A stretch of 64,000 nucleotides of DNA from Squalus acanthias (taxonomy: Eukaryota): positions 170,998,001 to 171,062,000 of the forward strand of contig CM059425.1 in the NCBI GenBank assembly GCA_030390025.1. Direction: 5' to 3'. Below the pieces are notes generated by a model. The model was not told the DNA's origin and made no database searches. It saw only the letters and a program-made list of their open reading frames with translations. The translations under genes and the position numbers were made by a program. How positions within the stretch are numbered: position 1 is the first letter of the stretch; every line of letters starts with the position of its first letter. Positions 63,610-64,000 of this stretch are shown in pieces.

Positions 63610-64000
63610 CCCACAGTGACTCAGTGGGTAAATGCACTGTGTGTTGTAGTACTGAACCAGACCAGGAAAGTCACAGGTTCAATCACTGGTCTGTTCTGCA
63701 TTTGCTGCTGGGGTGGCTGTAGGGTCACTGCAGTTGACCTCAGCGCCCCTGGGTTAAGAAGGGAAAAAACCTCAACCACTTTTGAATGCTAATCAGTGAC
63801 TCCTGCTGGAAGTAATCACGTTAAGGCAGGGTCAAGTTCAGTTGTGCTGTCTCCCATAGCTGACTAGCCATGCAACAGACAGTGACTGGACTCACACATT
63901 AAGTACGGCAGCTTGGGTATGGTACTGAAGCATGCAGTCACCCATGGACTATGCCCCAGTATGAGATTCTACCTTCAAGAGAAGGGAAAAATTAAAGGGT
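63610..64000 (+). mobile_element. tRNA-like-headed SINE (unassigned family), degraded
   Basis: TGACTCAGTGG (A box) and GGTTCAATC (B box). The body is shared with 12675-13080. Confidence 0.55.

Noticed and set aside
41314..64000. EFNA5 exon 1 or promoter
   Set aside because: No signal-peptide exon resembling the ephrin-A5 N-terminus was found. The GC-rich patches are transposons, so exon 1 must lie beyond the window.

Overview
This is eukaryotic (vertebrate) genomic DNA, most likely from a shark or other chondrichthyan. That assignment is inferred from the repeats: SacSINE1/DeuSINE-like SINEs, CR1, RTE, Penelope-like pieces and Harbinger-type MITEs. The only host gene I can support is ephrin-A5 (EFNA5) on the minus strand. 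Four coding exons were reconstructed with GT-AG boundaries: exon 2 at 41021-41313, exon 3 at 17284-17349, exon 4 at 16843-16923, and the last coding exon at 9838-9956. A TE-free 3' UTR follows. Exon 1 (signal peptide) lies beyond the right end of the window, so 41314-64000 is intron 1. The other recognisable protein-like ORFs in the track are decayed retrotransposon fragments. I did not find a convincing novel multi-gene system. The most noteworthy observations are: (i) a three-level nested insertion, in which a near full-length CR1 carries an antisense CR1 and a 227-bp solo LTR with a GAGAG target-site duplication (TSD) just upstream of ORF2; (ii) a SINE and its partner LINE sharing a 3' tail; (iii) short TSD-flanked Penelope-type insertions, one with a hammerhead-ribozyme-like core; (iv) a cluster of RBFOX motifs after the skippable exon 4; (v) local templated duplications; and (vi) a Tigger-like MITE with a second right end. 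Repeat family names come from recall of sequence motifs, not from a database search.
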